A stretch of DNA of 64,000 nucleotides, from the NCBI RefSeq assembly GCF_030684315.1, contig NC_081369.1, forward strand, positions 12,748,035-12,812,034, given 5' to 3'. The translations under genes and the position numbers were made by a program. Below are positions 1-13,467 of the stretch, one piece after another (within the stretch, counting starts at the first letter, position 1; the number at the start of each line of letters is the position of its first letter). The DNA comes from Stegostoma tigrinum (lineage: Eukaryota). A model generated the notes under the pieces. It was not told the origin of the DNA. It saw only the letters and a list, made by a program, of their open reading frames with translations, and did no database searches.

Positions 1-394
1 GCCCAGACTGCATTTTACCAGGGCTGAAAGATTCATATGCCTTCAAAAAAAATGTTCAACCTCTTATAACATGCAGTTATCCCATCCAATATTTCATGTC
101 TCCTTAGCATTTTCTCCTCTTCAGTGCAGACTCACGATATTCATTAGGCAATTTTTAAAATTCATTTATTACAAGGAGAATGAAAATCAAAAGGAGATGT
201 TTTGCTACAGTTGTACAGGGCATAGGGAAGACCACACTGGGCTCCTTATTTAAAGGAGCACATAGTTGGATTAGGAGCAGTTCAGAGAAGCTTCACAAGC
301 TCATGAAATTAGTTTTATCTAAGAAAAGTTGGACAAGTTGTGCATCCATTGGAGTTTAAAAGAATAGAGATGATCTATTTGAGGTTCTTCCGAT

Positions 395-893
395 CCGACC
401 TAGTCCCATTTACCAGCATCTGTCCCGAATCCCTCTGAACCCTTCCAATTCATATACCCATCCAGAGACCTTTAAAATGTTGTAATTGTACCCATCTCCA
501 TCACTTCCTCTGGCAGTTCATTCCATACATGCATCATCCACTGTGTGAAAAAAATTATCCCTCAAGACCTTTTTAAATCCTTTCCCTCTCACCTTAAACC
601 TGTGCCCTCTAGTTCTGGACTCCTCCACACTACACAAAAGACCTGACTATTCACCCCACCCATGCCATTCATGATTTTACAAACCTATGTATGGTCATTC
701 CTCAGTCTCCGAAACTCCACGGAAAAATGCCCCAGTCTGTTCAGTGTCTCCTTATAACTTTGTAAATCTTTTCTATACCCTCTCAAGTTTAGTGTGCAGT
801 ATTCTAAAAGTGGCGTCAATGTCCTGTACAGCCACAACATGACGTCCCAACGCCTGTATTCAATGTTCTGACCAAAGACGATAAGTGTCAAAG
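395..893 (-). mobile_element. CR1-type LINE 3' fragment nested in an older plus-strand CR1 (about 130-385 and 894-1020)
   Basis: ORF 685-891 contains IEYRRWDVMLWLYRTLTPLLEYC, a CR1 ORF2 C-terminal motif. Confidence 0.8.
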
Positions 894-1149
894 GACAATT
901 CCCTTGTTGGAGAGACTAGAAATAGGGATGCAATTTAAATACATAAGGTCTTCCATTGAAGTCAAAAAGAGACCATTTGTTTGAGTTGGAGTCTGTGGAC
1001 TCTCTTTTCCAGACAGATGTAAATGAGTGAGTCAATACCTTAGGTTGGAGGGGGGGAGGGGCAACTCCAGTGGGTATCCTTAGTGTGAAGTGTAAAGGTT
1101 ACTCTCACAAGGAATGTAATGAATACACACAGCTTCAACAGGGAAAATG

Positions 1150-2090
1150 GCAAGGGTTTGGTAAAGTAAGTTTTTCCCGTTCTTTTGTTCCTTCATGACC
1201 TGCTGCAGTCTAGCAGCTATGCCACAGGACCGAGCCAGCCAGTGTTAGTGAGTTACCCTTGGTGACAGACACTGAAGTTCCCTACTCAGTGTATTCTGTG
1301 CCCTCATCTTCCTCTGCGCTTCCTTCAAATGGTGTTCAACAGGGAATGCAGATTCCTTATGAGGGGGAGGTGGTGGTGGTGATAGTGGTGTGCGCACATT
1401 GGTAGCAAATAGGTGCTGATCTGTTTTTCTTTCACATGCTTGACGGCATGAGATATGATGGGGTCAAGAATCGATTTTGACTAGACGCAGAGCAATTTGC
1501 TCCTGAGTGCATACCACTGTGCTGCCACCTCTGGTGGCTCTTTCCTACCAGTGGGACAGGACGCATTTAAGGATGATGGCAATGTTTGGGACAGTCATAT
1601 TCATAGATGACATTAAATTGCAGCTTGATTTATTCCTGGGATAGTTCTCCCAATTTTTGCACCAGACCCTGAATGTTAGGAAGGAGAACCTTGCACCGTC
1701 ACTAGGGGTTTGTGTGCACCATTGATATTTCTAGTACCTTGGTCAATGCCAGGTGATCCAGGCAGTTTAAATTTCTTTTTTGGCTATAAGGCACACGTAA
1801 GCAATGCAATGGATACACTCCACTTGTTTGGATAAGTACAGCTCCAACAAAGAAATAAGTTTGACACCACTCAGGACAAAGCAATCTACCTGATTAGCAT
1901 CACATCCACCACCTTAAAAACATTACTGCACAGTGCCTTAATGGTAGCAGGTGTTCAATGTGTACCATAAAAGAGGGGTATTGCAGTAATTCACCAAGGT
2001 GCCACTGACAGCCTCTTTCAAATCCGTCGCCCATGAGCGTAACTACAACAATTCAAGGCACTAGTTCAAAACTAGGGCAATTAACAGTAT
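1150..2090. mobile_element. Degenerate LINE fragments in mixed orientation
   Basis: The distal part resembles the LINE copy at 43270-44545 (for example tttgacaccactcaggacaaagca). Confidence 0.5.
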
Positions 2091-3180
2091 GCAATAAAAT
2101 ATTGGGCTAGTTAGTAACAATATAATCCTTTGAGTTATCAAATAAAAGCAGTATTCACAGATACCTGGATTACTGAGTCTATGCATATTTACCCAAACCA
2201 ATTTCTGACAGAAGTTAGGCCCAGATTAAAAATGTTAATAAAAATGGGCAGGATTGCCATGGAATTATTTCAGTAGTTTATTGGACATGGCACGTACATC
2301 CTGAAAAACAAACCCTATCCTTATGGATACTGGTCTGAGTTTTAACCTGTACCTTGCATGGGAGTTACTGTTGGGCTAATTTAATCATTCTTCTGTCTGG
2401 TTCCTGCCCAGAGACAACCCGATAAATAGGCTGGAGACCTCTAGATTAGGAACCTTGCTGCACCAGCTTGTGACCTATGAGAGCAAAAAATTATTCTAGG
2501 GGAGTCAGAGACATTGTAGTGGACTCAATTATGGAGAAAAGACGTTTCCAGTTAGCTGGGCAATTTACTGCACCCGGGCCCATAAGCAGTCCTGTCAAAG
2601 CAGTTCGACTTATCTTAAAAGGTTCAACTCTTCACCCAGACTTCTCCAAATTGAGAAAACAAATCAACAATTTTTAAACAGAATTATAGGTTAAATGAAA
2701 ACAGCGGTTTAATGTTAATGTTTAAAGAACACTCACTTTCCATGAGCAGACTAGGTTACCCATCACTGATTCAGTCTCAGATGAAGTAAGATGAGTTTAA
2801 GGGACACCAGGCTCCCACTTCACAATCTTGGGCTCAATGTCACTGGCCACTCCCATCAATGGACTTTGCACTTGCGTAATTTGGAGACACCTTTCTCCAG
2901 TAAACAATAACTAAACAAATGATAATATACAGTCTAAGGATTGCAAGAAAACCCTTATTTTTGATATTGTGCTGCCATCTAGATTTGTTTTTTGCTCTGT
3001 ATGGGAAATTGGATACATGTTACTAACTTGAACCAAAGGCTTTCAGCCAATTAGTATTTTTATATAAAGGTTTCCTTCTAAATATAGTTTCTTAGTACAA
3101 TTTTACACATTGGTGTTCTAGGCAAAATTTTAGTCCTTGATGGTTTCTTCAGATGAAGCTTATTTATCTTAACCAGTATT

Positions 3181-3203
3181 ATATATATATATATATATAT
3201 ATA
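3181..3203. repeat. (AT)n microsatellite
   Basis: Directly visible. Confidence 0.95.
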
Positions 3204-3375
3204 TTCAACACAGATGCAAAACCCTATTTCCTTGGATTCAACTCACCTCCCCCTCCCAATTGCTTGGTGAATATCACCTATCTTTCCAAGAAGAAAATAC
3301 AGTCGCAGAAAATAATAGCACCCAACCAGGATGTTTCTTCTATGTACAAGCTACAAATACCTCAAATATGTGAAG

Positions 3376-3560
3376 GAACAAAAACAGAAGTTGCCAGAAA
3401 AGCACAGTGGGTCTGGCAGCATTTTTGAAGAATGTTCTGAGTAAGGGTCACCCGACCCAAAACATTTTAACTCTGATTTTCCTTCAGATGCTGCCAGATC
3501 TGCTGAGCTTTTGCAGCAACTTCTGTTTTTGTTCTTGATTTACAGCAGCTGCAGTTATTT
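3376..3560. mobile_element. Fold-back mini-element with a degenerate central hammerhead
   Basis: Inverted arms at 3376-3422 and 3488-3534; centre CTGAGTA-AGGGTCACCCGACCC-AAAAC. Confidence 0.75.
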
Positions 3561-4227
3561 CAGGTATAATCAAATATTTGAAGCTTTGTTCAATAGAATT
3601 TTCTTATCATTTACTTGCAATCGGTCAATATTCATTTGGACCCAAACAACAATCTTTTTTGCCCATGTGCTTATGAAGTAAAGACAGCTAGAGTACACTA
3701 TGTTCTATATGGGCCAAAGGGCCTGTTTCCACATTGTAGGGAATCTAATCTAATCTTCAATTAAACTGATTTTTAATTTTAATGATGCACAGTTCCACAT
3801 TCATAACGTTTAATTCTGTAAATCTGTCCATATTTGAAACATCATTTTACATATGGATTAAAGAGGAAAAAGGTTCTTAAAAGGGATGCATTACAATTTA
3901 AAATCAATTTTGCCCCAGAAGAGAGTGGGTTTTTCTAAATTGCTGTGCATTAATACCAGACTGCTGATTGCATAAGAGATTAACAGGATAGTAAAATTAC
4001 ACCTAAGATGAGACATAACTAGCAGCTGGTCAGTGACTAATCTATTTTTGAGAAGTCATGCCCCAGAAAGGCTTTAACACAGAATATATGGACCACATCC
4101 CTCAGTAAAAGCAAGCATTAGATAATGGTCAATTCTCTACCACTGAGAGGTTGACTTAAAGCAAGTCAACCAGACTAGTCTATGAGTCTGCTCCCACGAT
4201 AAGACATTCCACTCCCGCACATCCCAG

Positions 4228-5097
4228 ATGTCCAAGTTCTTTAAGGACCGCAACTTCCCCCCCACGGTGATTGAGAACGCCCTTGACCGCGTCTCCCGCA
4301 TTTCCCGCGACACATCCCTCACACCCCGCCCCCGCCACAACCGCCCCAAGAGGATCCCCCTCGTTCTCACACACCACCCTACCAACCTCCGGATACAACG
4401 CATTATCCTCCGACACTTCCGCCATTTACAATCCGACCCCACCACCCAAGACATTTTTCCATCCCCACCCCTGTCTGCTTTCCGGAGAGACCACTCTCTC
4501 CGTGACTCCCTTGTTCGCTCCACACTGCCCTCCAACCCCACCACACCCGGCACCTTCCCCTGCAACCGCAGGAAATGCTACACTTGTCCCCACACCTCCT
4601 CCCTCACCCCCATCCCAGGCCCCAAGATGACATTCCACATTAAGCAGAGGTTCACCTGCACATCTGCCAATGTGGTATACTGCATCCACTGTACCCGGTG
4701 CGGCTTTCTCTACATTGGGGAAACCAAGCGGAGGCTTGGGGACCGCTTTGCAGAACACCTCCGCTCAGTTCGCAACAAACAACTGCACCTCCCAGTCGCA
4801 AACCATTTCCACTCCCCCTCCCATTCTCTTGATGACATGTCCATCATGGGCCTCCTGCACTGCCACAATGATGCCACCCGAAGGTTGCAGGAACAGCAAC
4901 TCATATTCCGCCTGGGAACCCTGCAGCCATATGGTATCAATGTGGACTTCACCAGTTTCAAAATCTCCCCTTCCCCCACTGCATCCCTAAACCAGCCCAG
5001 TTCATCCCCTCCCCCCACTGCACCACACAACCAGCCCAGCTCTTCCCCCCCACCCACTGCATCCCAAAACCAGTCCAACCTGTCTCTGCCTCCCTAA
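4228..5097 (+). CDS. PLE polyprotein C-terminal part (GIY-YIG endonuclease), uninterrupted fragment
   Basis: 289-aa ORF with VVY-x-YIGET, the conserved R-x2-EH motif, and C-terminal PTASxNQPSSSPP repeats. Confidence 0.85.
   Translation: MSKFFKDRNFPPTVIENALDRVSRISRDTSLTPRPRHNRPKRIPLVLTHHPTNLRIQRIILRHFRHLQSDPTTQDIFPSPPLSAFRRDHSLRDSLVRSTLPSNPTTPGTFPCNRRKCYTCPHTSSLTPIPGPKMTFHIKQRFTCTSANVVYCIHCTRCGFLYIGETKRRLGDRFAEHLRSVRNKQLHLPVANHFHSPSHSLDDMSIMGLLHCHNDATRRLQEQQLIFRLGTLQPYGINVDFTSFKISPSPTASLNQPSSSPPPTAPHNQPSSSPPPTASQNQSNLSLPP
4973..5090 (+). repeat. About 39-bp tandem repeat (3 copies) at the PLE ORF end
   Basis: cccactgcatccc..aaccagcccag unit repeated three times; the same unit occurs inverted at about 25930-26028. 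Confidence 0.85.
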
Positions 5098-5321
5098 CCG
5101 GTTCTTCCTCTCACCCATCCCTTCCTCCCACCCCCAGCCGCACCCCCAGCTACCTACTAACCTCATCCCACCTCCTTGACCTGTCCGTCTTCCCTGGACT
5201 GACCTATCCCCTCCCTACCTCCCCACCTACACCCTCTCCACCTATCTTCTTTGCTCTCCATCTTCGGTCCGCCTCCCCCTCTCTCCCTATTTATTCCAGT
5301 TCCCTCCCCCCATCCCCCTCT

Positions 5322-5349
5322 CTGAAGAAGGGTCTAGGCCCGAAACGTC
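5322..5349 (+). ncRNA. Minimal type I hammerhead ribozyme motif, core intact
   Basis: CTGAAGA-AGGGTCTAGGCCC-GAAAC-GTC: CUGANGA and GAAA boxes, a pairable stem II and a GUC cleavage triplet. Located in the PLE 3' region, where such motifs are known. Confidence 0.8.
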
Positions 5350-6754
5350 AGCTTTTGTGCTCCTGAGATGCTGCTTGGCCTGCTGTGTTCATCCAGCCTC
5401 ACATTTTATTATCTTGGAATCTCCAGCATCTGCAGTTCCCATTATCTCTAGTCTATGAAAAGGCATGTTTAAAATAATTACCAACAGTCTATTCATTCTT
5501 ACTACAAAACTTGCATGACATGCTGAAATCTGAAATACAACAGAAGCAACTGAGGCATATAGAATGTTTACCATGACAGCGGCAGAACATCTTTCCATCT
5601 TGTTTTGCTGTTCAACAATGTCTACACTAGTTTCCCATGACAATGGACTCTTCATGTATAAATGCAATTCATGTTACAAACACTGGATGGTGCTAAAAGC
5701 AACATCACAAGCTTTGGACAATAAAATCTCCCCTGAGGGGGGGCTCCGGTGCAATAAAAAGACTGACAATTACTTTCTTCAAGATACTCACCACACGCAC
5801 ATACATTAATAATTTTTTTTTAAATCACCTCTTGCAACAAATTTCAGTCAGTTCCTTTTGCTGCCATGTGTATTTTTTCTCACTTTAGCATGCTCAGTCC
5901 AGCCAATTTAGAAATAAGTGACACTCACTTTACCTTAAAAGCCTCAAAGTTACAAAAGCCTTTAATGGTTGACATGAGATGCAATTTCTAACATTAGTTT
6001 TTATGTAATTTGTTCAGAATGCATGCAATATCAACTAATCCAGCGTTTACTGCTCATTGTTATAACCTTTGGAAAGGTGGTGGTAAGCTGTGTTATTGTA
6101 CCACTGTAGCTCATGAGGGGACGAGTACTTAAACCTACAGTGCTCTTTGGAGGCCACTTCCAGAATTCTGATCCAGTGACAATGATATCATTCCATAATA
6201 TAGGTATTATGGCGTATGTATTGAATTCATAAAATATAACATTTCAATTTTCAGATGGATCAACTACTGCATAGGCAAGATTAAGCCACAATGCACATGA
6301 AACAGAAACCAGAGCTAACAGTAAATGGAAGGGAAAGGAGGATGGCACACCAATTTGGAACAATGCGAGAATGAAAGTTTAATATTCATTCTTCACCTTC
6401 CTCCCCCCCACTCCCAAATGGTGATCCAACTTAAAATTTAATTTCCGTGAAACTACTTTCAATTTTGTTACAATTACAATATTTCATCTAACCCCTCAAG
6501 GTGGGATTCCTTTCATTATTCTTCATACTTTTATTCAATCACAGCTCCCTAATATAATTATGCACACTTATAACGAACATCCAAGAAATGCTTAATGCAA
6601 GCAAGAGGTGCAAAATTTAAAAAGTCTTCACTGGGAAGCAACTTATAACTTTTATACTCTTCAGTAACTAACATAAGACAATCAGGGCACTCAGAAGCCC
6701 CAGATAAGTCAGACCAGGCAATCAAGTGGACTGGACAATCTATTAAAAACCAAA

Positions 6755-6891
6755 AAAACTGCAGATGCTGTAAATCAGGAACAAAAACAAAGTTGCTAGA
6801 AAAGCTCAGCAGGTCTGGCAGCATCTGTGAAGGGAAAAACAGAGTTAATGTTTCGGGTCCAGTGATCATTCCTCAGTACAATTCTGAGGAA
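6755..6891 (-). mobile_element. Mini-element of the same family as 3376-3560
   Basis: Minus-strand CTGAGGA...GGACCC-GAAAC at 6847-6876, followed by the start of an inverted arm (ctgagga at 6884-6890). Confidence 0.75.
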
Positions 6892-7239
6892 GAACCAAAA
6901 AAACCGAAAGAACAGATTTCTTTCCTCTGGCATCAATGACCATCTTTCAATGCAATAAGAGCATAATTGTTACTCAATCTGACTAGGCCACATTCAAATT
7001 ACCTGATCTGCACTCTAAACTCAGCCATTTTATTGATATTTTGATATTGAGAGGAGTAGGCAAGGTGATGTCCTGTGTCAGGCAGTCAGCATCACAATAC
7101 AGCAGATGAGGTAAGGACCCTTGCCAGAAAGCAGACAGGCCAGCTGTAGACCGAGTGGGATTCAAGACGTAAGGATACCGTTTTTTAGTCTATATTTAAG
7201 AAAGAATAAGGGTAAACTAAAACTATATCCTATTAGGTT

Positions 7240-7995
7240 GCAATACCTCTGGAGAACTCAGGAATGTGATTTGCAGATCTTGCACAATGGTGGAAATCTT
7301 AAGATGCTCTTGGCAGTCTGGGTGGCCAGGTGTGCAGGCAGTGCCTCCCACTAGGTCTGAACTCTGGGTTTTAGAGGTTAACCAGCAGTTGGAGGATTTA
7401 CAGTGCAGTTCACAAAGCAGACAGGTTTGAAAACTGCATATTTCAGAATGTGGTCATGTTGCAACTTAAATGCAGGCAGAGGCAGAAGTGGCCAGATAGG
7501 TGGGTACTAGACAGGTATTTTGTTTGGAAACATTAAGAGTGGTGGTTCCTCTGAAGAGGCTAGCCAGAACTAACACTGTGGGCAGTTCAGCTGTGTAGGT
7601 GGATGGAGAGGAAGTAATACAGAACTGCTAGAGGGGTAGGGAATTCATCTGTAGGGGAGCAGGCAGGTACTTTTGCCTAGGATGTAAGTGGCCTTCTGGT
7701 TGTCAATGTCAAGGATGTCAGAGTGCCAATCTGAAGGGGGAGGGTAAATGGCCAGATATCGTGATCCATGTTGGGACCCAGACAATAGAAAAAAAGAAAA
7801 ACAAAGTACTACAAGCTGACGTTAGGGAGTTAGGTAGGAGGTTGAAAAGCAGAACTTCAAACAGGTAGCAATCTCTGGATTACTCCCAGTGCCATGCAGC
7901 AGTGAGCATAGGAATAGAACGATACAATTGATGAATATGTGGGTGAAAGAAATGGGGAGGGATAGCTTTAGATTCTAGAGGTATCAGGATATTTT
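7240..7995 (+). mobile_element. CR1 ORF1 remnant (Cys/leucine zipper plus SGNH esterase-like)
   Basis: Decayed segments read LELWVLEVNQQLEDLQC and EGKWPDIVIHVGT. Confidence 0.6.
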
Positions 7996-8004
7996 TCAAT
8001 TCTC

Positions 8005-10790
8005 TCATGTGATTTGGGTGTTGTTGGCTACCAATCAGCATTTGTTGTCTGCCCCTAGTTACCTTTGAGAAGGTGGTGGCGAGCTGTATTGTTGAACTGC
8101 TGCAGTCCATGTGCTGGAAGGCAGACTCACAATGCCATTAGGGAAGGAATTCCAGGATTTTGACCCAATGACAGTGAAGGAATGATGATATATTACCAAG
8201 TCAGGGCAGTAAGTGGTTTGGAGAGGAACTTGTGGGTAGTAGCAGGCAATTCCAATGCATCTACTGTCCTTGCCCTTCTAAATGGAAGTGGTCATGGCCT
8301 TGGAAGGTGCTATGAATATCTGGCAAATTTTCACAATGCGTCTTGGAGATCGTACACAATGCTGCTATAGAATGTCAATAGTGAGGGGAGTAGATGCTCG
8401 TGGATGTGGTGCTAATTAAGCAGGCTACTTTGTACTGGATGGTGTCAAGCTTCTTGAGTGTTGTTGGAGCTGCACGCATTCAGGCAAGTGGGAAGTATTT
8501 ATCATACACACGGCTTGTGCCTCGTAGTTGGTGGACAGGCTTTGGGAGCCAGATGGTGAGTTACTTGCTGCAGGATTCCTAACTTCTGGCCTGCTCCTAC
8601 AGTCAAACTGTATTTATATGGTGAGTCTAGTTGAGTTTCTGGTCGCTGTTAACCCCCAGGATGTGGATAGTGAGGGATTCGGCGATGGTTAACACCATTA
8701 AATATCAAGGAGCCATGGTTAGATTCTCTTTCTGGGGATGGTCATTGCCTGGCATTTGTGTGGCATGAATGTTACTCGTTAGCCCTAGCCTGGATATTTT
8801 CCAGCTCTTGCTGCATTTGAACATAGGCCATACAGCATGTAAACAATACCTTCAGTCCAACCAGTCTGTGCCAAACATAATCCCAAGCTAAATTAGTCCC
8901 ACCTGCCTGCTCCTAAGCCCATATCCCTCCAAACCTTTCTTATCTATATATCCATCCAAACATCTTTTATGTTAATTGTACTGCATCTACCACTTCCTCA
9001 GGAAGTTAATTCCACATGTGAACCACCCTGTGTAAAAACATGCTCCATGTCTCTTTTAAAATCTCTCTCCTCTCACCTTAAAAACTAGTCTTGAAATTCC
9101 TCATCTTAGGGAAAAGTCAACTACTACTCTGTCTCTACCCCTCATTATTTCATAAACTTCTATCAGATCACCTGTCAACCTCCTACAGTCAAAAGAAGTC
9201 CCAGCCTATCCAGTCTTTCTTTACATCTCAAACCTTCCACATCCAGCAACATCCTGGTAAATCTCAAGTCCTCTCCAGCCTGATAATATCCTTCCCATAA
9301 CCAGATGACCAGAACTGGACACAGTATTCCAAGACAAGGCCTCACCAGTGTCCTGTACAACCTCAACATAACGTCCCAACTCCTATAGTCAAAGGACTGA
9401 GCAATGAAGGCAAGTGTGCCAAACATCTTTTTAACCAAGCTGTCCATATGTGACGCAAACTTCAAAGAATTATGTACCTGCACTCCTAGGTCCCTCTTCT
9501 ACAACACTACCTAAGGGCCCACCATTCATTGTATAAACACTACCCTTGTTTGTGGTCGCATTTATCCAGAATGAGGTCCAGCTGCCATTTTTCAGCCCAC
9601 TGAGCTAATTGATCAAGATCCCTTTGTAATCTAAGAAAACCTTCTTCATTGCCTACAATGCCACCAATTTTGGTGTCAACTGCAAACTTACTAACCATGC
9701 CTTCTATATTTTCATTCAAATCATTTATAAATGACAAACAAAGAGTACCCAGAACTGATCCGTGGAACACCGCTGGTCACAGGCTTCCAGTCCGAAAAGC
9801 AACTCTCCACCATTACACCGTCACCTGCTGGTAAGCCAATTGTGCATCCAATTGGCAAGTTCACCCTGAATCCCATGTGACTTAACTTTACTAATTAACC
9901 TTGTCAAAGGCTTTACTAAAATCCAAATAAACAAAGTCTATTGCTCTGCCATCATCAACCTTTTTTAAAAAGTTTGACAAACACCATTTTCCTCACTCAA
10001 AATCATGCTATCCCTAATTAATTTTTTGCCTTTTTAATTGTCCATAAATCCTACCTTTTATAATCACCTCCAACAATTTACCCATAACTGAAGTCAGACT
10101 GAACAGGTCTAAAGTTCCCCAGTCTTTCCTTATAAGCTTTAAAGGTACAAGATTAGCCACCCTCCAGTCATCAGCACCTCACCCACAGTTATAGCTGATG
10201 AATGAACTGCTTCAGTAGCTGCTGAGTTGCAAATGATGCTGGACATTGCATAATCATTGGCAAATAACAATACTTCTGACCTTATGACAGAGAGAAAATC
10301 ATTGATCATGGTTGGGCCTAGGACATTACCCTGAGGAACTCATGTAGAGATGTCCTGAAGCCAAGAAGACTGACATCCAATAACCACAGCCTTCTTCCTG
10401 TGTGCTAAGCATAACTCCAGCTACAGAGTTTGTCATCATTGTCAATGGGAATATTTGTGCAGCCATCTCTTCTACTGAGTTGTTTGCTTGTCCACCACCA
10501 TTCAAGATTGATATGGCAGGACTGCACTGCTTAGATCCCATCCATTGCTGCGAGATCACTTAGCTGTCTAACACTTGTTTAACAAGTTTAACACACAGTC
10601 TGGTAGGTTCACCACATGAACACCTCATTTTTAGGTATGCCTGGCACTGCTCCTTGCATACCCTCCTGCACTCTTCATGTAACCAGGGTTCATCTTGTGA
10701 TTTGATCACAATGGTTGACTGGGAGATGCTCTACAACCTCATAGCCTGGCATATGTTGGGAGTATAATTCTGCTGTTGATAGCAATATTT
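8005..10790 (-). mobile_element. LINE (8005-8820 and 10200-10790) split by a CR1 copy (8825-10195)
   Basis: ORFs 9175-9483 and 9540-9770 show GSVLG..FIND..SKFAVDTK and DVMLRLYRTLVRP. The left flanking piece is a reverse complement of the 43270-44545 family. Confidence 0.8.
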
Positions 10791-11497
10791 AAAAGGATCT
10801 AAGGCAAAGTGGCAAGTTGAATCCAAAACTGGCTGAGAGGCAGGAAGTAAAGGGTGATAGTAGAGAGAAGTCTGTTTCCAGTGGGACGACTCAGTTGCTG
10901 GGCCTCTTACTAGTTGTGGTATTCATTAATGATTTGGATTTAAATGTACCAATATAAAATTGGAAAGTTTGCAAAGGACATGAAAATCAGTAGGGTGATA
11001 AATATAATGGAGAGACAGCCATTACCTGCAGGACGATATTAATGACTTATCAGCTGGGGAGAGCAATGGCAAATGGAATTTAATCCAGAAAAAGAGAGAG
11101 CGGTAATGTACTGAAGTGAGGACGGGTACTATAAGACAAAAGGATTACACTATGGATGGTAGAACTCTGGAAAGTACTAAAGATCAGAGACATCGGTGAG
11201 TATATCTAAAGATCCCTGAAAGCAACAGAACAGGTAGATACGATGGTATGAATTCAGATGGAATACTTACCTTTTCGGGAGCGGTAGGGAGGTTGTGCTG
11301 GTTCAGCCACAAATTGGATTCTGTGTACAGTTCTGGTTACCACAGTATATACAGGATTGCATGAGAGGGGGTGCATAAGAGATGTCTGAGGATATTGCCC
11401 TAGCTGGACAGTCTATTTTATTAGGCTGAAGCGGTTTTCCTTGGAAGGTTGAGACAAAACTGGATCGAGGTGCATATGATTATGAGGTACATGGATA
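10790..11497 (+). mobile_element. Old CR1 RT fragment
   Basis: Decayed FINDLD...KFAKDMK...WQMEFNPEK motifs. Confidence 0.7.
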
Positions 11498-12935
11498 GAG
11501 TCACAGATATACAGCACAGAAACAGACCCTTTGTTCCAACTCATTCATGCTGAGGTTTCCCAAACTAAACTAAACTAATCCCATGTGCCTGCATTTGGCC
11601 TAATCCCTCTAAACATTTCCTATTCATCAACTTGTCCAAATGCCCTTTAAATATTGTAACTGTACCTGGATTTACCATTTCCTCTGGCAGTTCATTCCAC
11701 AGACAAACCAATCAATCCACAAACCACCCTCAGGTCCCTTTTAAAAATTTTTAAGATGAAAGGAGAAAGAATGTCCTCTCGTCTTGAAACTGCCCACCCT
11801 TGGGAAAAGACCTTTGCTATTCACCCTATTTATATCTCTCAACATGGTAAACCACTATAAAGGTCAGCCCTCAACCTCCCACGCTTCAATGAAAGAAGTC
11901 CCAGCCAATCCAGCCTCCTCTGATAGCTCAAATCCTCCATTCCTGGCAAAATCCAGGTAAATCTTTTCAGAAGCCTCTGCAACTTAATCATTGCAGGGCA
12001 ACCAGAACTGTACACACTACTCTAAAAGTGATCTTACCAAACTCCTGTACAACCTTAAAATGACATCCCAACTCCTGTACTCAATGGTCTGACAATGAAG
12101 GCAAGCATGTTAAACACCTTCTTAAGCACCCTATCTATCTGTGATGCAACTTGCAAAGAATCAGGTACCTGAACCCCTGGGACACACTGTTCTACAACAG
12201 TACCCAGGGTCCTACCATTAACTGTACAAACCCTGCCCTTGTTTGTTTTACCAAAATACAGTAACCTCATTTATTCAAATTAAACTCCATCTGGCACTCC
12301 TCAAACCACAGACTCAACAGATCAAGATTTCTTTGTAATCTTAGATAAGCTTCTTCCCTGTCCACTATACCACCCATTTTGGTCCCATCCACAAACCTAC
12401 TAACCATGCCTTCTGAATTCTCATCCATATCATTTATATAAATGACAAACAAAACTGGACCCACTGCCGAATGCTGCAGAACACCGTTGGTCACAGGACT
12501 CCAGTCTGAGAACCAACCCTCCATCACCACCCCGTCTACTACTGTCAAACCAATTTTGCATCCAATTGGCAAGCTGTCCCACTTGATTTAACTCTACTAA
12601 TTAGTGTACCGTGCAGAACCTTCTCAAAGGCTTTACTAAACATGTAGATAACATCTACCACTTTGTCCTCAATCTTTTTGACTAAGTCCTCAAAAAAATG
12701 TAATCAAGTTTGTATGATATGATTTCCCATACACAAAGTCATGCTGACAATCTCCAATCAGTTCTTGCCTTTCCAAATGCATGTAGATCCTCTCTCGGGA
12801 TCCCCTGCAACAACTTAGCCACCACTGACATCAGAATCAGTCTGTAGTTTCCTGGCTTCTCCTTACAGCCTTTCTTAAATAAAGGCACAATATTAGCCAC
12901 CAACCCTCTTTAGTCCTCTGGCACCTCCCCTATGG
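11498..12935 (-). mobile_element. CR1 LINE 3' part
   Basis: ORFs 12267-12572 (GPVLFVIYINDMD..SRFVDGTK..QMEFNLNK) and 12055-12270. Confidence 0.85.
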
Positions 12936-13467
12936 CTTGGTTCTCTAGTAAATTTGACTAAAAGAAACGTTGCAGTTTCTGGGAGCTTCCTTCACATTAT
13001 CAGGATTTCATTTCAAATTTAAAGATGAAACTACAGGCCTGTCACAAGAGATGTCCAAGACAATATTAAGTTTGAACCATATTGCTTTACCCACATGTGT
13101 ATTTTTGAAAGCTTATTGAGATACAAGTGAACAAGATATCACTTTTTAAAATTTGAGGTAAAAATGATAACAATTAATGTCTTTTTAAACTCAAAACGCT
13201 TGCTGTTGGAATAAGACAGTCATTCTAAGGGTATGATAAAACACCTTTACAAAGCAACATACTGATCTCAAGTGGTAAAAGAAAACAAATGCTGTCTTTG
13301 ACAATGCTCACATACTTACATTGGAATGATGAGCATTCCTATAGCATCTATTCTGGAGCCTGAATTATTTGCGACATTTAATGACTTAATACAAGATACA
13401 CAGAAAGCTAACTTTGAGAACAGCACAAAGAATTAAATGGTACCATTTCCCCTGTTAAGAGGAAACT

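Larger units (their letters stand above)
4186..5447 (+). mobile_element. 5'-truncated Penelope-like retroelement (Neptune-like), young copy
   Basis: Open frame 4186-5097 with RT thumb, Cys-rich linker (CNRRKCYTC) and GIY-YIG (VVYCIHC...LYIGET). 3' pLTR region carries a hammerhead motif. 11-bp TSD ctagtctatga at 4175-4185 and 5448-5458. Confidence 0.93.

Noticed and set aside
2430-2470. Weak resemblance to the GSNL part of the canonical last CBFB exon
   Set aside because: In-frame stop and no RRQQDPSP.
4137-5078. Overlapping and antisense ORFs across the PLE (also at 27414-28426 and 34058-34985)
   Set aside because: Shadow frames caused by the C-rich PLE coding strand; no independent homology.
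4973-5090. Regularly spaced repeats suggesting a CRISPR-like array
   Set aside because: Tandem 39-bp units without unique spacers, inside a retroelement ORF in a vertebrate genome.
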